The notes beneath the pieces are model-generated. The model was not told the DNA's origin. It was given only the letters and a program-made list of their open reading frames with translations, and did not search any database. This document shows, one piece after another, positions 8,899 to 17,819 of a DNA stretch of 64,000 bases. The stretch is from Clostridia bacterium (GTDB lineage Bacteria > Bacillota > Clostridia > Oscillospirales > CAG-272), in contig JAFTQL010000035.1 in assembly GCA_017462795.1 (NCBI GenBank), positions 62,360 to 126,359 on the forward strand, in the 5' to 3' direction. The number at the start of each line of letters is the position of its first letter. The stretch's first letter is position 1. The position numbers and the translations under genes were made by a program.

Positions 8899-10836
8899 TT
8901 AATCTTCTTTTTTGCGCTTTGCAACAGCTACCGCACCCACTGCCAATGTCACAACAGATACTGCCGCGAATGTTACTGTAGAGCCGCATCCGCCGTCAGC
9001 CTTATCGGTGGTAACAGATGACGTTCCGTTTGCCTCGGCATCGGTGGTTGCCTGAGTGCCGTTGTTTTCGGTAGTTGAGTCATTTGTATCAACAGCCCCT
9101 GTGTCATTCGCCTCTGTATCTTTGGGCTCTTCCTTTACCTTAACAACGCTTGCTGGAGTTACGATAACATTCTCGCCTGTCTTGCCCTCGGGCCATACAA
9201 GTGTGCCCTTTGCCGCTTCCGCGTCGCCTGCTATAACGGTTACGTGGTCGATAAGAACCTTGACGTTAGGTCCGCCCGAGCTTGTTCCCAGCATAAAGGA
9301 GAAATCTGTTGCGAGAAGCGAGCTCTGAGGAGTTACCTCTATCGTCTTATCTCCCGAGGTAATGGTAGCGCTATCGAGCTTACGGTTTACAAAGTGGAAC
9401 TGATAGGTTACAAACTCAAAGTTATCTCTTGCGTCGTTGATAGCCGCTCCCTGCTCTGCCGTGTATCCGTCCTTACGGGTAGCGGAGTCAAATCCGTTGG
9501 AAGACTCGTTGGTCTGGTCGTAACGGATGCAGATATCGCCCGAATGAGTCGCAAGACCTGTAGTCTCATCAAGTGTTGTGTTGGGGCAGAGGCAGAGATA
9601 TCTCTTGTTATTTGCTTCCACAAACTTAAACTCTATCTCAATGGTGAAATGGCGGTTATACTCGGGAATAACTATACCCGAAGGAACAAGGTAAACCTTG
9701 GTGGAAGCGCCCTCAAGATACAGACCCTGCTCAGTATACGCATACTTTGCGTCGCTGTCAGCGCCTTCCTCGGGCTTTGTTACATAGTAACCTACGCTTG
9801 CGAGGTCGGTCACCTTGGTAAAGTCAACATGGTGAAGAATAGCCCCGTCAACGTATTCGGTAAGAGGTGTGTCCTCAAAACCGAGAATCTCTGTGGACTT
9901 TGCAATAGCGCGGTTCGCGTCGAAGAGCACAGGTGTGATCGTGATAGGCGTGTCGGGAGTGGAGGGAGTGTCGGGGGTGTCGGGAGTAACAGTACCGCCA
10001 TTGTCTATGTACGTCTGCTTGAGATCAACAGAATACTTAGTAGCGGTAGCGGTCTTAACAGTAACGTCGGAAACGCATCCGTCAAAGTTGGTATATACTG
10101 TTCCGTATACCTCACGGAGACCGAGAGCGAAATTACCCGCGCCGATGGCTACATCCGTGATATCAAGCTCAATAGTCTTGGTCGTGTCGTTTGCGAGAGT
10201 CATGGTAAGCTTGGTCATGGTCTTGCTTGCGGCATCAAAGGTGAAGTCATAGATAACAGCACTCGTGCCTTCAACGATTGCCTGTGCGATAGCGCTGTTT
10301 GTGGCAATGGTCTGCTTGTTCCAATACAGATGGTACTTATTGGTATCATCGTAGCATATCTTTATGGACGACTGATTTTCATCCGTCATCTCGGCACAGT
10401 AGTTCCATGCTCCGGCACTGTTAACATTAGCCGAGTTATCGGTTCCGACACCGAATACCAACCATGTATAGTTCTTGCTGGAGGGAGCTATGGTGGTTGC
10501 CGCACCCTCTGTATTAGAAGCCCAATTGTAATGGGTGGTGGTCATCTTAACAGAAAGAGTAACATTTTCCGTGATTGCCGTAAGATCGTAGTTGGCGGGT
10601 GTGAGCATAACAGCCGCTCCGCCTTGAACAAACGCATGCAAAAGCAGACCGTTCTGAGTAAGGCTTGTCGTACTTGCCTTAAAGGGAGTCGCGGAGTTGT
10701 TCTGGTTTACCACAGCTTTAACACCGAGATCAACTGTCGTGGTTTCAGCGGCAGAGACAAACGGTACAGCCACGGATGCGAGGAGAAGCACCATAAGTGC
10801 CGTTGCAAGGATACGCTTAAAAAGTTTTGTTTTCAT
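8899..10836 (-). CDS. Cassette A anchored member: secreted protein of unknown function with C-terminal GGCGS-TM-KRKK tail
   Basis: 645 aa. Signal peptide ...SVAVPFVSA|AE. The N-terminal domain is paralogous to 14037-15266 (LLLHAFVQGGAAVMLTPANYDLTAITENVTLSVKM vs GLYIKAFCQGAAGIMITHEQYDMTELTEDYTISVTM). A TPDTPDTPSTPDTP linker leads to a second beta-rich domain ending ..VLIDHVTV, then a T/D/N/E-rich linker. C-terminus: ADGGCGSTVTFAAVSVVTLAVGAVAVAKRKKED. Confidence 0.8.
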   Translation of the reverse strand: MKTKLFKRILATALMVLLLASVAVPFVSAAETTTVDLGVKAVVNQNNSATPFKASTTSLTQNGLLLHAFVQGGAAVMLTPANYDLTAITENVTLSVKMTTTHYNWASNTEGAATTIAPSSKNYTWLVFGVGTDNSANVNSAGAWNYCAEMTDENQSSIKICYDDTNKYHLYWNKQTIATNSAIAQAIVEGTSAVIYDFTFDAASKTMTKLTMTLANDTTKTIELDITDVAIGAGNFALGLREVYGTVYTNFDGCVSDVTVKTATATKYSVDLKQTYIDNGGTVTPDTPDTPSTPDTPITITPVLFDANRAIAKSTEILGFEDTPLTEYVDGAILHHVDFTKVTDLASVGYYVTKPEEGADSDAKYAYTEQGLYLEGASTKVYLVPSGIVIPEYNRHFTIEIEFKFVEANNKRYLCLCPNTTLDETTGLATHSGDICIRYDQTNESSNGFDSATRKDGYTAEQGAAINDARDNFEFVTYQFHFVNRKLDSATITSGDKTIEVTPQSSLLATDFSFMLGTSSGGPNVKVLIDHVTVIAGDAEAAKGTLVWPEGKTGENVIVTPASVVKVKEEPKDTEANDTGAVDTNDSTTENNGTQATTDAEANGTSSVTTDKADGGCGSTVTFAAVSVVTLAVGAVAVAKRKKED

Positions 10837-10908
10837 AAACTTTGTCCTTTCTGCCTATATTCAGGCTTTAAATTTTATATTCAACCGATCTCCATCGGTC
10901 AAAACACT

Positions 10909-12444
10909 TTAGTTGGGACACATTTCGTCAAGAGACATGGTAAGCAACATGAATGCGTACTTGTTGTCCTGAATGGTCTTATCAATTCTGGATGCAAGAG
11001 TTGTGGTCTTGTTGTTCCATACAAGATCCCATGTGATACCCTTTATGTTACACAGATAAAGAGCTGAGTCAACATCGTAGACCTTATTCGCAAATATAAG
11101 TCTCATTATCTCGGCATCCTCGGCTGTCTTGCAAAGACGGAACTCGGAAAGGGTCTCAAAGAACGCCTCATGGAGAGATACCATATCACCGGGCATATAC
11201 TTGGAAAGATACGAGAATACCTCAAATGCCGCCGCTGCCGTTTCAAGGTCGGGCTGCATGTTATTCGCAAATCCTGCGGGATAATGATATGCGGCACTGC
11301 ACTCACTGTAATAATTTTCCTGGTCCTCATAGTACATAGGAACGGGAAGCATTCCGTAGTTCACGTCAGCGGAGATAAGTCTTGTGACCGCGCTGAGACT
11401 GCACAGACGGAACAGGGACTTTCCGCTTGCGAACATATCCGAGCCTGCTGTGGCAAGATCTGCCTCGGAGGATGCGGAGCTCCAGCCACTCTTGTCGTAC
11501 TGGAGAAAGGAGTTCTCAAGAACCGTAGGCATTACCTTCTGAAGAATGTTTATGGTCTGCTCCTTGACGGATGCGTCCTGCAAAACTATCTCAAGATTAC
11601 CGTCAACATTGCTTACGGGGAATACACCTGATCCCATAAGTATGGTGTGAGGGAATGTAGTCTCGCTTATCATTCCGTACTTATCGGCATCCGTATAGTT
11701 GCCGTCTCCGTTTACGTCCTCACCGACATCCTTGTACATCTCGTACATGATATCATATGTCCATTCCTTGTTCATTACAAGATCGTACAGACTTCCGTAC
11801 TTTTCATCGTAATGGAATGTGTTGTAAAGATCGACATTATAGGCAATAGACGCGGTTCTCAGCTCGTCAAAGTAATTAAAGTCTCCGTCGATCTGGAACA
11901 GACGGCTGCCGAGCTTGTACTGCTGTTGTATATTCTGGTCATAGTAGGACGCACTCAGATTAAGCTCATCAAGCTTGTTGATATCGTAAAGCTGTCCCTT
12001 CTGAGCTACCGCCATAGATTCCTTACCCGAAAGCGTTACGATGTCGCAAAGATAATCGCCCGCGTTAAATGCGGTGTCAAGCTTGCTCGCCGCGCTTCCC
12101 GTGGATACCATAATAACATCTATACCGTAATTGTTATACATTACCTCCTGACGCTCGTAAACAGCCTTGTTTACCGCCATGTCAGGGTATCCCAGCTCTT
12201 CGGCGTCATATGTAAGATGATAGCCGTAAAGCCAGTTGGACTGAGCCAGTATCTTGAATTCGTAGCCGCCGAAGTCACGGGTGGGCTTGAGCTTTCCCTC
12301 TTCGGAGTTGGGGTCAAGCGTGTCCTCTGCGAAGGTCTCTCTTGCTCTGCCGTCGTCATCGTCGCCCGCGCAGGATACGAATACCAACGCCAGCATGAGA
12401 AGAGCGATCAGCAAACAGCACGACCTTAAAATTTTTCTTTTCAT
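10909..12444 (-). CDS. Cassette A lipoprotein, extracellular solute-binding-protein-like (orphan; no permease nearby)
   Basis: I prefer the second ATG (12444), which has AAGGGAAA upstream: MKRKILRSCCLLIALLMLALVFVSC|AGDDDD (lipobox FVSC). It is ~510 aa with the size and composition of large family-1-type sugar SBPs, and is paralogous to 32000-33466 and 45612-47093. Confidence 0.75.
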   Translation of the reverse strand: MKRKILRSCCLLIALLMLALVFVSCAGDDDDGRARETFAEDTLDPNSEEGKLKPTRDFGGYEFKILAQSNWLYGYHLTYDAEELGYPDMAVNKAVYERQEVMYNNYGIDVIMVSTGSAASKLDTAFNAGDYLCDIVTLSGKESMAVAQKGQLYDINKLDELNLSASYYDQNIQQQYKLGSRLFQIDGDFNYFDELRTASIAYNVDLYNTFHYDEKYGSLYDLVMNKEWTYDIMYEMYKDVGEDVNGDGNYTDADKYGMISETTFPHTILMGSGVFPVSNVDGNLEIVLQDASVKEQTINILQKVMPTVLENSFLQYDKSGWSSASSEADLATAGSDMFASGKSLFRLCSLSAVTRLISADVNYGMLPVPMYYEDQENYYSECSAAYHYPAGFANNMQPDLETAAAAFEVFSYLSKYMPGDMVSLHEAFFETLSEFRLCKTAEDAEIMRLIFANKVYDVDSALYLCNIKGITWDLVWNNKTTTLASRIDKTIQDNKYAFMLLTMSLDEMCPN

Positions 12445-12509
12445 TCTCTGTTTCCCTTTCATGAAAAATTTATTATTCCGCGGTATTACCCGCTAAGAAC
12501 CACAGTTTA

Positions 12510-13760
12510 TCATTCTTTTATGAATGTAATAACGACATCCGACAAAAGAAGGAAATGGTCGGTATGACCCGTGTCGATAGCGCGGGCGTTGCTGCCCTCG
12601 ATACCCGCTGAGAAGATGATATTGTCGAACATCTGTCCGTTCTTGGTAGTCACAATATTCGTGCCCGCGTTGTTTGCCTTGGTGCTTCCCGGGAAGGCAT
12701 CGTCAAAATCGGACCATGTCTGCCAGTTAAAGTCACCCGCAACGATATAATGGCTATGGTTCTTTGCCTGTTCGTATATCTCGGCGAGCTGAGTTTTGAT
12801 AGTTCCCTGGTCATTGTGTGAGGAATAGAAGGCAAATTCTTCTCCTTCGACCTCGATGATCGTTTCAAGGAGCACACAGTTATTTTTTGAATTCATAACT
12901 GTCATTGGATACTCTTTGATTTCCTTGATAGGATATTTGGAAACTACTCCGACACCGCACCACCATTCCTCGCCTGCGGGAACATGGGTGCCGTTTGTCT
13001 CGTAAACACCGCTTGTCGCCTTACCGTACGCATAATAGTACTTCTGTCCGTTTCTGCTCTCAAGAGACTCCGCAATGATCCTGAGCGTATCCTGTCCCCA
13101 ATTTCGATTGGTGTTATAGTCTATCTCCTGAAAGGCGATAATGTCGGCGCCGTTATCATAAATATCGTCGGCTATCTTTGTGAAATCGGGGCTTCTTGAA
13201 TAGCTGTTACCAAGCTCGTGCGCGCCGCCCTCGTGAAGATTGAAGGTGGCAACCGTAAGCTCGATGTGCTTGTCGGTGTCGGCAACCGTCTTTCGCGTGG
13301 GAAGACCGGAAATACTCCATGTGTTGCCATCCTGCTTAAGAAGTTCCACAAACATCTCAGCGGCAGTCTCGACAAGATCCTCGTTCACACCGTAAAGAGC
13401 TATCTTTGTTCCTACCGCTGTGATAAGCAGCTCACGGTCAGCAAGTGACTCCGTGTTTGACGCTCTGTTCGTTTCTCCTATGAGTATCTCCTTTTCCCTC
13501 TCGGAGGCGGAATCATTTGTATATGGGATCGTGACACCTGTAAGCTCCTTTATCCTCTCGGATATAGCGACAGCCGTCTTTCTCATGGAGCGGTCGCCCG
13601 ACATGGAAAATACTATCTGATACTCAGAAGCTCCGTCAGCGCAGATGACCGCGCCCGTATCGTTATTGCTCTCCGTGTCATCAGTATTGCCTCCGCATGC
13701 GGTAAGCAGACACATGAGAAAGGCGAGAATCATTACTGTAATTTTTTTAATGATCTTCAT
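12510..13760 (-). CDS. Cassette A exported EEP-fold (endonuclease/exonuclease/phosphatase) phosphoesterase lipoprotein
   Basis: 416 aa. Lipobox LLTAC|GG. The N-terminal ~140-aa accessory domain contains ..EILIGETN... The EEP motifs are TVATFNLHEGG, IIAFQEID, GDFNW and the C-terminal GHTDHFLLL. Confidence 0.8.
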   Translation of the reverse strand: MKIIKKITVMILAFLMCLLTACGGNTDDTESNNDTGAVICADGASEYQIVFSMSGDRSMRKTAVAISERIKELTGVTIPYTNDSASEREKEILIGETNRASNTESLADRELLITAVGTKIALYGVNEDLVETAAEMFVELLKQDGNTWSISGLPTRKTVADTDKHIELTVATFNLHEGGAHELGNSYSRSPDFTKIADDIYDNGADIIAFQEIDYNTNRNWGQDTLRIIAESLESRNGQKYYYAYGKATSGVYETNGTHVPAGEEWWCGVGVVSKYPIKEIKEYPMTVMNSKNNCVLLETIIEVEGEEFAFYSSHNDQGTIKTQLAEIYEQAKNHSHYIVAGDFNWQTWSDFDDAFPGSTKANNAGTNIVTTKNGQMFDNIIFSAGIEGSNARAIDTGHTDHFLLLSDVVITFIKE

Positions 13761-13879
13761 ATTTTATTCCTCATTTCGCATAGAAGTGTGGATGCTTGAG
13801 ACCGACATCCCTCAGGGCGAAGAAATGCCCAAATTTCCTTCACCCGTCGGTACTGTCGGAGTAATTACTCAAAAAACGA

Positions 13880-14008
13880 TCAAAGCTCTTCGATGCCTAC
13901 GGACATGTTGATGTCGTCAGCCTGTATACCGTTACTCAATGCAATGATATCCTTGCTTTCAAGAGCTATAGCGATCACAACGGGAGTTGTATATGTATTC
14001 TTTTTCAT
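13880..14008 (-). CDS. Small ORF A (42 aa), member of a three-copy peptide family
   Basis: Below the ORF-track size cutoff; own translation: MKKNTYTTPVVIAIALESKDIIALSNGIQADDINMSVGIEEL. AGGAG lies ~9 nt upstream. It shares Y-[TI]-x-P-x(9)-[KEQ]-D-I-[IM]-x-x-S with the ORFs at 30253-30399 and 41214-41354. Confidence 0.55.
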   Translation of the reverse strand: MKKNTYTTPVVIAIALESKDIIALSNGIQADDINMSVGIEEL

Positions 14009-14036
14009 AATCTTATTCTCCTTTTCCATATTAGGA

Positions 14037-15266
14037 TCAAGCCACGGTAACGCTGATTTCCTTAGCCGCGCTCACATACTTATTGCCTGCCGCGTCGGTC
14101 ACATAGGCGCGTACAACAAAGGTGTAAGACTTACCTGCCGAAAGACCTGTAACCGTCATAACTCCGAGATAACCGTCTGTTGCGGTAACGGTCTCCCCTG
14201 CCGCCTTGATAGATGTGTAAACGGTGGTAGAGCTGAGTATCTTTGCGCCCTTTGTACTATCCTTCAAGGATATCTCAAAGCCGTGAGATGCGTAATTTGC
14301 AAGCTCAGCCTCGGTCATGTTCAGCTCGGATACAACACGCAATGTAGTATTGTCGCTACTGAGCTGTCCGCCCTTTACGGTAGCGCGGCAGTTCTGGATA
14401 TCTGCGTAGCGCTCCGCGAAGTCAACGGAGTATTTGGTTTCACTTGACGTTTTTATAGAAATATCGGAAATCCAACCCTCCATATACGTCCACGCTGTAT
14501 CATCATATAACTCACGAAAACCTAAGCAGAAATTACCGTCATTGCCGAGAGATATAGGAGTTCCAAGGGTGTGCGTCCACACTTTTGATGTGTCACTCGC
14601 AAGAGTCATTTTTACTGTTGAAATTTGTTTGGTATCCACATCAACAAGAAAATCATATATGATTGCGATCTCGCCGTATATTACGTTTTTTGCAATTACA
14701 GATGTTGTTCCTGTAAGGAGAGCATCGCCGCGCGCCCAATATGTTTCAGTCCCCTCCTGATTACCACACACCTTGAGCGCATTTTTGGTATCATCCTGCA
14801 TATCCGATAAAAAGCCCCATTCACCGGCTGCGTCTACATTGCTTGAAATGTCGCTTCCTGCTCCGAATATCAGGTATGTACGATTTTTTCGGTTGGGCTT
14901 ATTGGTTTGAGTAGCACTCTCATTTGTTCCTGACAAATTCGTATGCTTTGATAACATTGTTACAGAAATCGTATAATCTTCTGTTAATTCCGTCATGTCA
15001 TACTGTTCGTGAGTGATCATAATACCTGCCGCACCTTGACAGAAGGCCTTAATATAAAGTCCATTGTTTGTCAGCATAGACTTACTTGCTTTAAATTCTT
15101 TGTCATTTAAGGTTGATGCATAACTGTTATATGAGCTTTGAACTGTCTTAACACCAACATTATCCGCATAAATCGTCTTGGTACTTTCTTCTGCTGAAAC
15201 GCTGAGGGGTAAAGCAGCAAGTGTTACACACAAAACTGCCAATATTAAAGATATTACCTTTTTCAT
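14037..15266 (-). CDS. Cassette A free member: secreted protein, N-terminal domain paralogous to 8899-10836, C-terminal shared ~100-aa module
   Basis: I prefer the start at 15266 (MKKVISLILAVLCVTLAALPLSVSA|EE) over the track start at 15356. C-terminal module: ..TLRVVSELN..GFEISL..TTVYTSIKAAG..SYTFVVRAYVTDAAGNKY. It has no anchor. Confidence 0.8.
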   Translation of the reverse strand: MKKVISLILAVLCVTLAALPLSVSAEESTKTIYADNVGVKTVQSSYNSYASTLNDKEFKASKSMLTNNGLYIKAFCQGAAGIMITHEQYDMTELTEDYTISVTMLSKHTNLSGTNESATQTNKPNRKNRTYLIFGAGSDISSNVDAAGEWGFLSDMQDDTKNALKVCGNQEGTETYWARGDALLTGTTSVIAKNVIYGEIAIIYDFLVDVDTKQISTVKMTLASDTSKVWTHTLGTPISLGNDGNFCLGFRELYDDTAWTYMEGWISDISIKTSSETKYSVDFAERYADIQNCRATVKGGQLSSDNTTLRVVSELNMTEAELANYASHGFEISLKDSTKGAKILSSTTVYTSIKAAGETVTATDGYLGVMTVTGLSAGKSYTFVVRAYVTDAAGNKYVSAAKEISVTVA

Positions 15267-15385
15267 TCGTGTTTTTCCTTTCTGCTGTCTGTTACAGCAA
15301 TAAATTTTTATTCCAAACCGCTTGGGCAGGCGGTTAAAAAATACTTGATAGATCAAAATTTGTAATTACTTCCGTTATATTTTCT

Positions 15386-16174
15386 TCATTCCACTATCAT
15401 ATCCGCAAGGAGTATGAAATGGTCTGAATGTCCGTAATTTACGGCGCGGAAGTTGTCCGCCTTTATTCCCTTTGAGAAAATAAGGTTATCAAATCGGTAG
15501 CCGTCGTGGGTGGTGACCAGCATATTTTCTCGGTTATTCGCCTGCGTCGTATCGGGGAAAATACGCTCAAAATCCTCGCACCTCTGCCAATTGAAATCTC
15601 CGGCAAGGACAAACCTCTCCTTGTCCTTCATGGTGTCGTAGGTAAACTGCATCTGCTCGTGTATGACACCTTGGTCATAATGGGAAACGTAGAAATGTAA
15701 CTCTTTTCCGTCAACGTCAAGCTTCGCTTCAAGAAGCACGCAATTTGGATTTTTACCTTTCATACAAGGCATTACGTATTTTGACGTGGATATTATCGGG
15801 AGCTTTGACACAAGTGCCACTCCTGTATATCCCTGCTTTACGGGAGCGCCGGGTGTATCCGAATAATCCGCTGTTGTTCCCGCGGCAAACGCGCTGTACC
15901 ACTTTTCCCCCGTTTTTTCTTCCAAGGCAGCCTTTATAATTCCAACACTGTCCTTGTAAAATGTCCATCCTCTGAACTGAAAGACCTCCTGAAAGCCGAC
16001 TATTTCAGCTCCCACCTTGACTATATCCTCGGCTATAAGCTCATAACCGATGTCGTCAAATTCAGGCATTTTCTCTCCGTCGAGAATCCGGGGCAAGTGA
16101 ACTCCGTCCTTCATCAGAAGATACTTGACACCGCCCTCCTTGAGATTGTAAGAAGCAACCGTTATTTTTTCCAT
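15386..16174 (-). CDS. Cassette A signal-less EEP-fold phosphoesterase
   Basis: 262 aa. MEKITVASYNLKEGG, IVGFQEVF, GDFNW, GHSDHFILL. It is a paralogue of the catalytic half of 12510-13760 and has no signal peptide. Confidence 0.8.
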   Translation of the reverse strand: MEKITVASYNLKEGGVKYLLMKDGVHLPRILDGEKMPEFDDIGYELIAEDIVKVGAEIVGFQEVFQFRGWTFYKDSVGIIKAALEEKTGEKWYSAFAAGTTADYSDTPGAPVKQGYTGVALVSKLPIISTSKYVMPCMKGKNPNCVLLEAKLDVDGKELHFYVSHYDQGVIHEQMQFTYDTMKDKERFVLAGDFNWQRCEDFERIFPDTTQANNRENMLVTTHDGYRFDNLIFSKGIKADNFRAVNYGHSDHFILLADMIVE

Positions 16175-16235
16175 CGACTTATCTCCATAATGATTTGATC
16201 AATAATACCTATACAACATCACTTTTTATATACAC

Positions 16236-16264
16236 ATTGTATAACTAATATCTCCGAATTTCAA
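16236..16264 (-). promoter_or_regulatory. Candidate sigma-A promoter for cassette A
   Basis: Minus strand reads TTGAAA-17 nt-TACAAT, about 60 nt upstream of the 16174 start. Confidence 0.5.
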
Positions 16265-16305
16265 GAAGATATTTTTACCTGAAATGATCATCTCTTCCTT
16301 CTGTT

Positions 16306-17814
16306 TTAAATATCCATCCGAACTCTCAGACAACCGTCTGTCGGCTCCGCTCTGTACCCGTTCTCCGTCTCATGAAGCTCGCCGTCAATACCGACAGCAT
16401 AGCTATATCCGTTATGCTCAAAGCAAAGCGTTTTGCCGTCAAGTCCTTTAAGATCCCGACACTCGCCAAGGCTTATAAGCATATCTCCGCAGTCATGGCC
16501 ACTGAGTCCCGTCTCCGAGAAAATAAGCCTTCCCTTATGACCGTCGGTGAATTTAACAGTTACTTCAAGCTCTCCTCTCTCATTCTCCGCAGAGCCTTCA
16601 AGACATTCAACAGCATCCGCAAATATCCACGCGCACTCGCCCCTGTCCCCGCTCCACATGCGGTTATCCACAACGGGCAAATTATCGTAGGTCGCCTGCC
16701 ATGCGTTACAAGCCGATCTCAGATATCTCTCGACATATTTGTCATCATATTTCTGTATATCCCTGAAAATAAGTCTGCCATCCTTTAAGAACAGATCACC
16801 TCTCCAATTTGCGCTGCTGTACCAGATCGATTGGATTCCGTTATCCGACCAATCCTTGAAGGCGCTGAGGGATGATGCGGGAGTTTTTTTATGCGTTTTT
16901 TGGAAATCCGCTCCCGTTTTGCCGAGACATTCTATATTGACTTTTCCGTCTTTTTGGAGCTTGGCAAGCTTCTCTGCTTGCATACGGTAGCCCTTTTCTA
17001 TCCTCTGCCAGCCAAAGCTGTTCTCCTGTCCCGTGGTCGCTTGGCTCATGGCAAGGGATGGGTGGGAGTAATATTCTTCGAAGTACCAATCCATAACACC
17101 GCTGTTCGCGCCGCAGGGCCACACGGGCTCCATGGTAAAGCAACCGCCGATCTTGGGCAGGTGCTTTTTCTCGTCATAGCCGTAGATAGGGTCTATACCA
17201 AGCATACGGAACACGGGGGTATTTATCTTTGTTTCCTCACTCTGCGAGGGACAAAGCATATTATTGCGCGAGGGATAATATCCGCCGCTATAATATCCTC
17301 CCCAGAGAGTGTAGGCGTCAACGGCATACTGCTCACGGCAGATGCAGAATGCGTCCATACCATATTTGTCGCTCATATACGCCATTGAATGAGCGTCAAG
17401 CAACCATGAGCCCGCAACCCTTGGATAATATCCGAAGGTCTTCATAAAGAGGTCAAATACCTCGTCAATAAGCTCTTCTCTCTGTCCGGGCGTATAGGCA
17501 GGAAGAAATCCGGGATCTACGTACCAATCCCAATCAAAGCCCTCGCGTCCTCTCCACTCAACACCAACCTTTTCCGTAAGAGGTCTGCACATCTCAAACC
17601 AAAGCCCAAGCTCCATATCCCCGTCCTTCTCCCTTTTGAAAAGCTCGACTATATCCTCCCTGAGAAGGGCATCGTACTGCAAGAGGAATGTGTGCTTAAA
17701 GCCATACGACTTGTCAATTTTTATTTCTTCCTCTATGGGTGTGAGCAGATCCATTGCCTTTCTCGGCTCACAGCCTCTTACGAAGTTGACTATATTCATT
17801 ATGTTGTTCATCAT
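16306..17814 (-). CDS. Conserved cytoplasmic protein of unknown function (~500 aa), paralogue of 61352-62938
   Basis: 502 aa. NIVNFVRGCEPR, FLLQYDALL and ELGLWFEM align with NIINFVRGVEPR, FLLQYDALI and EIGLWLEI in 61352-62938. The start is ambiguous among three ATGs at 17814-17800. I do not recognise the family. Confidence 0.7.
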   Translation of the reverse strand: MMNNIMNIVNFVRGCEPRKAMDLLTPIEEEIKIDKSYGFKHTFLLQYDALLREDIVELFKREKDGDMELGLWFEMCRPLTEKVGVEWRGREGFDWDWYVDPGFLPAYTPGQREELIDEVFDLFMKTFGYYPRVAGSWLLDAHSMAYMSDKYGMDAFCICREQYAVDAYTLWGGYYSGGYYPSRNNMLCPSQSEETKINTPVFRMLGIDPIYGYDEKKHLPKIGGCFTMEPVWPCGANSGVMDWYFEEYYSHPSLAMSQATTGQENSFGWQRIEKGYRMQAEKLAKLQKDGKVNIECLGKTGADFQKTHKKTPASSLSAFKDWSDNGIQSIWYSSANWRGDLFLKDGRLIFRDIQKYDDKYVERYLRSACNAWQATYDNLPVVDNRMWSGDRGECAWIFADAVECLEGSAENERGELEVTVKFTDGHKGRLIFSETGLSGHDCGDMLISLGECRDLKGLDGKTLCFEHNGYSYAVGIDGELHETENGYRAEPTDGCLRVRMDI

Positions 17815-17819
17815 TCACC

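Noticed and set aside
9244-11067. 607-aa + strand ORF spanning two minus-strand genes. Similar long antisense ORFs lie at 20521-21534, 25424-26701, 50519-51616, 52795-53802 and 61832-63016.
   Set aside because: Same reasoning as above: antisense shadows of codon-biased genes, with no RBS or start context and low-complexity, unrecognisable translations.
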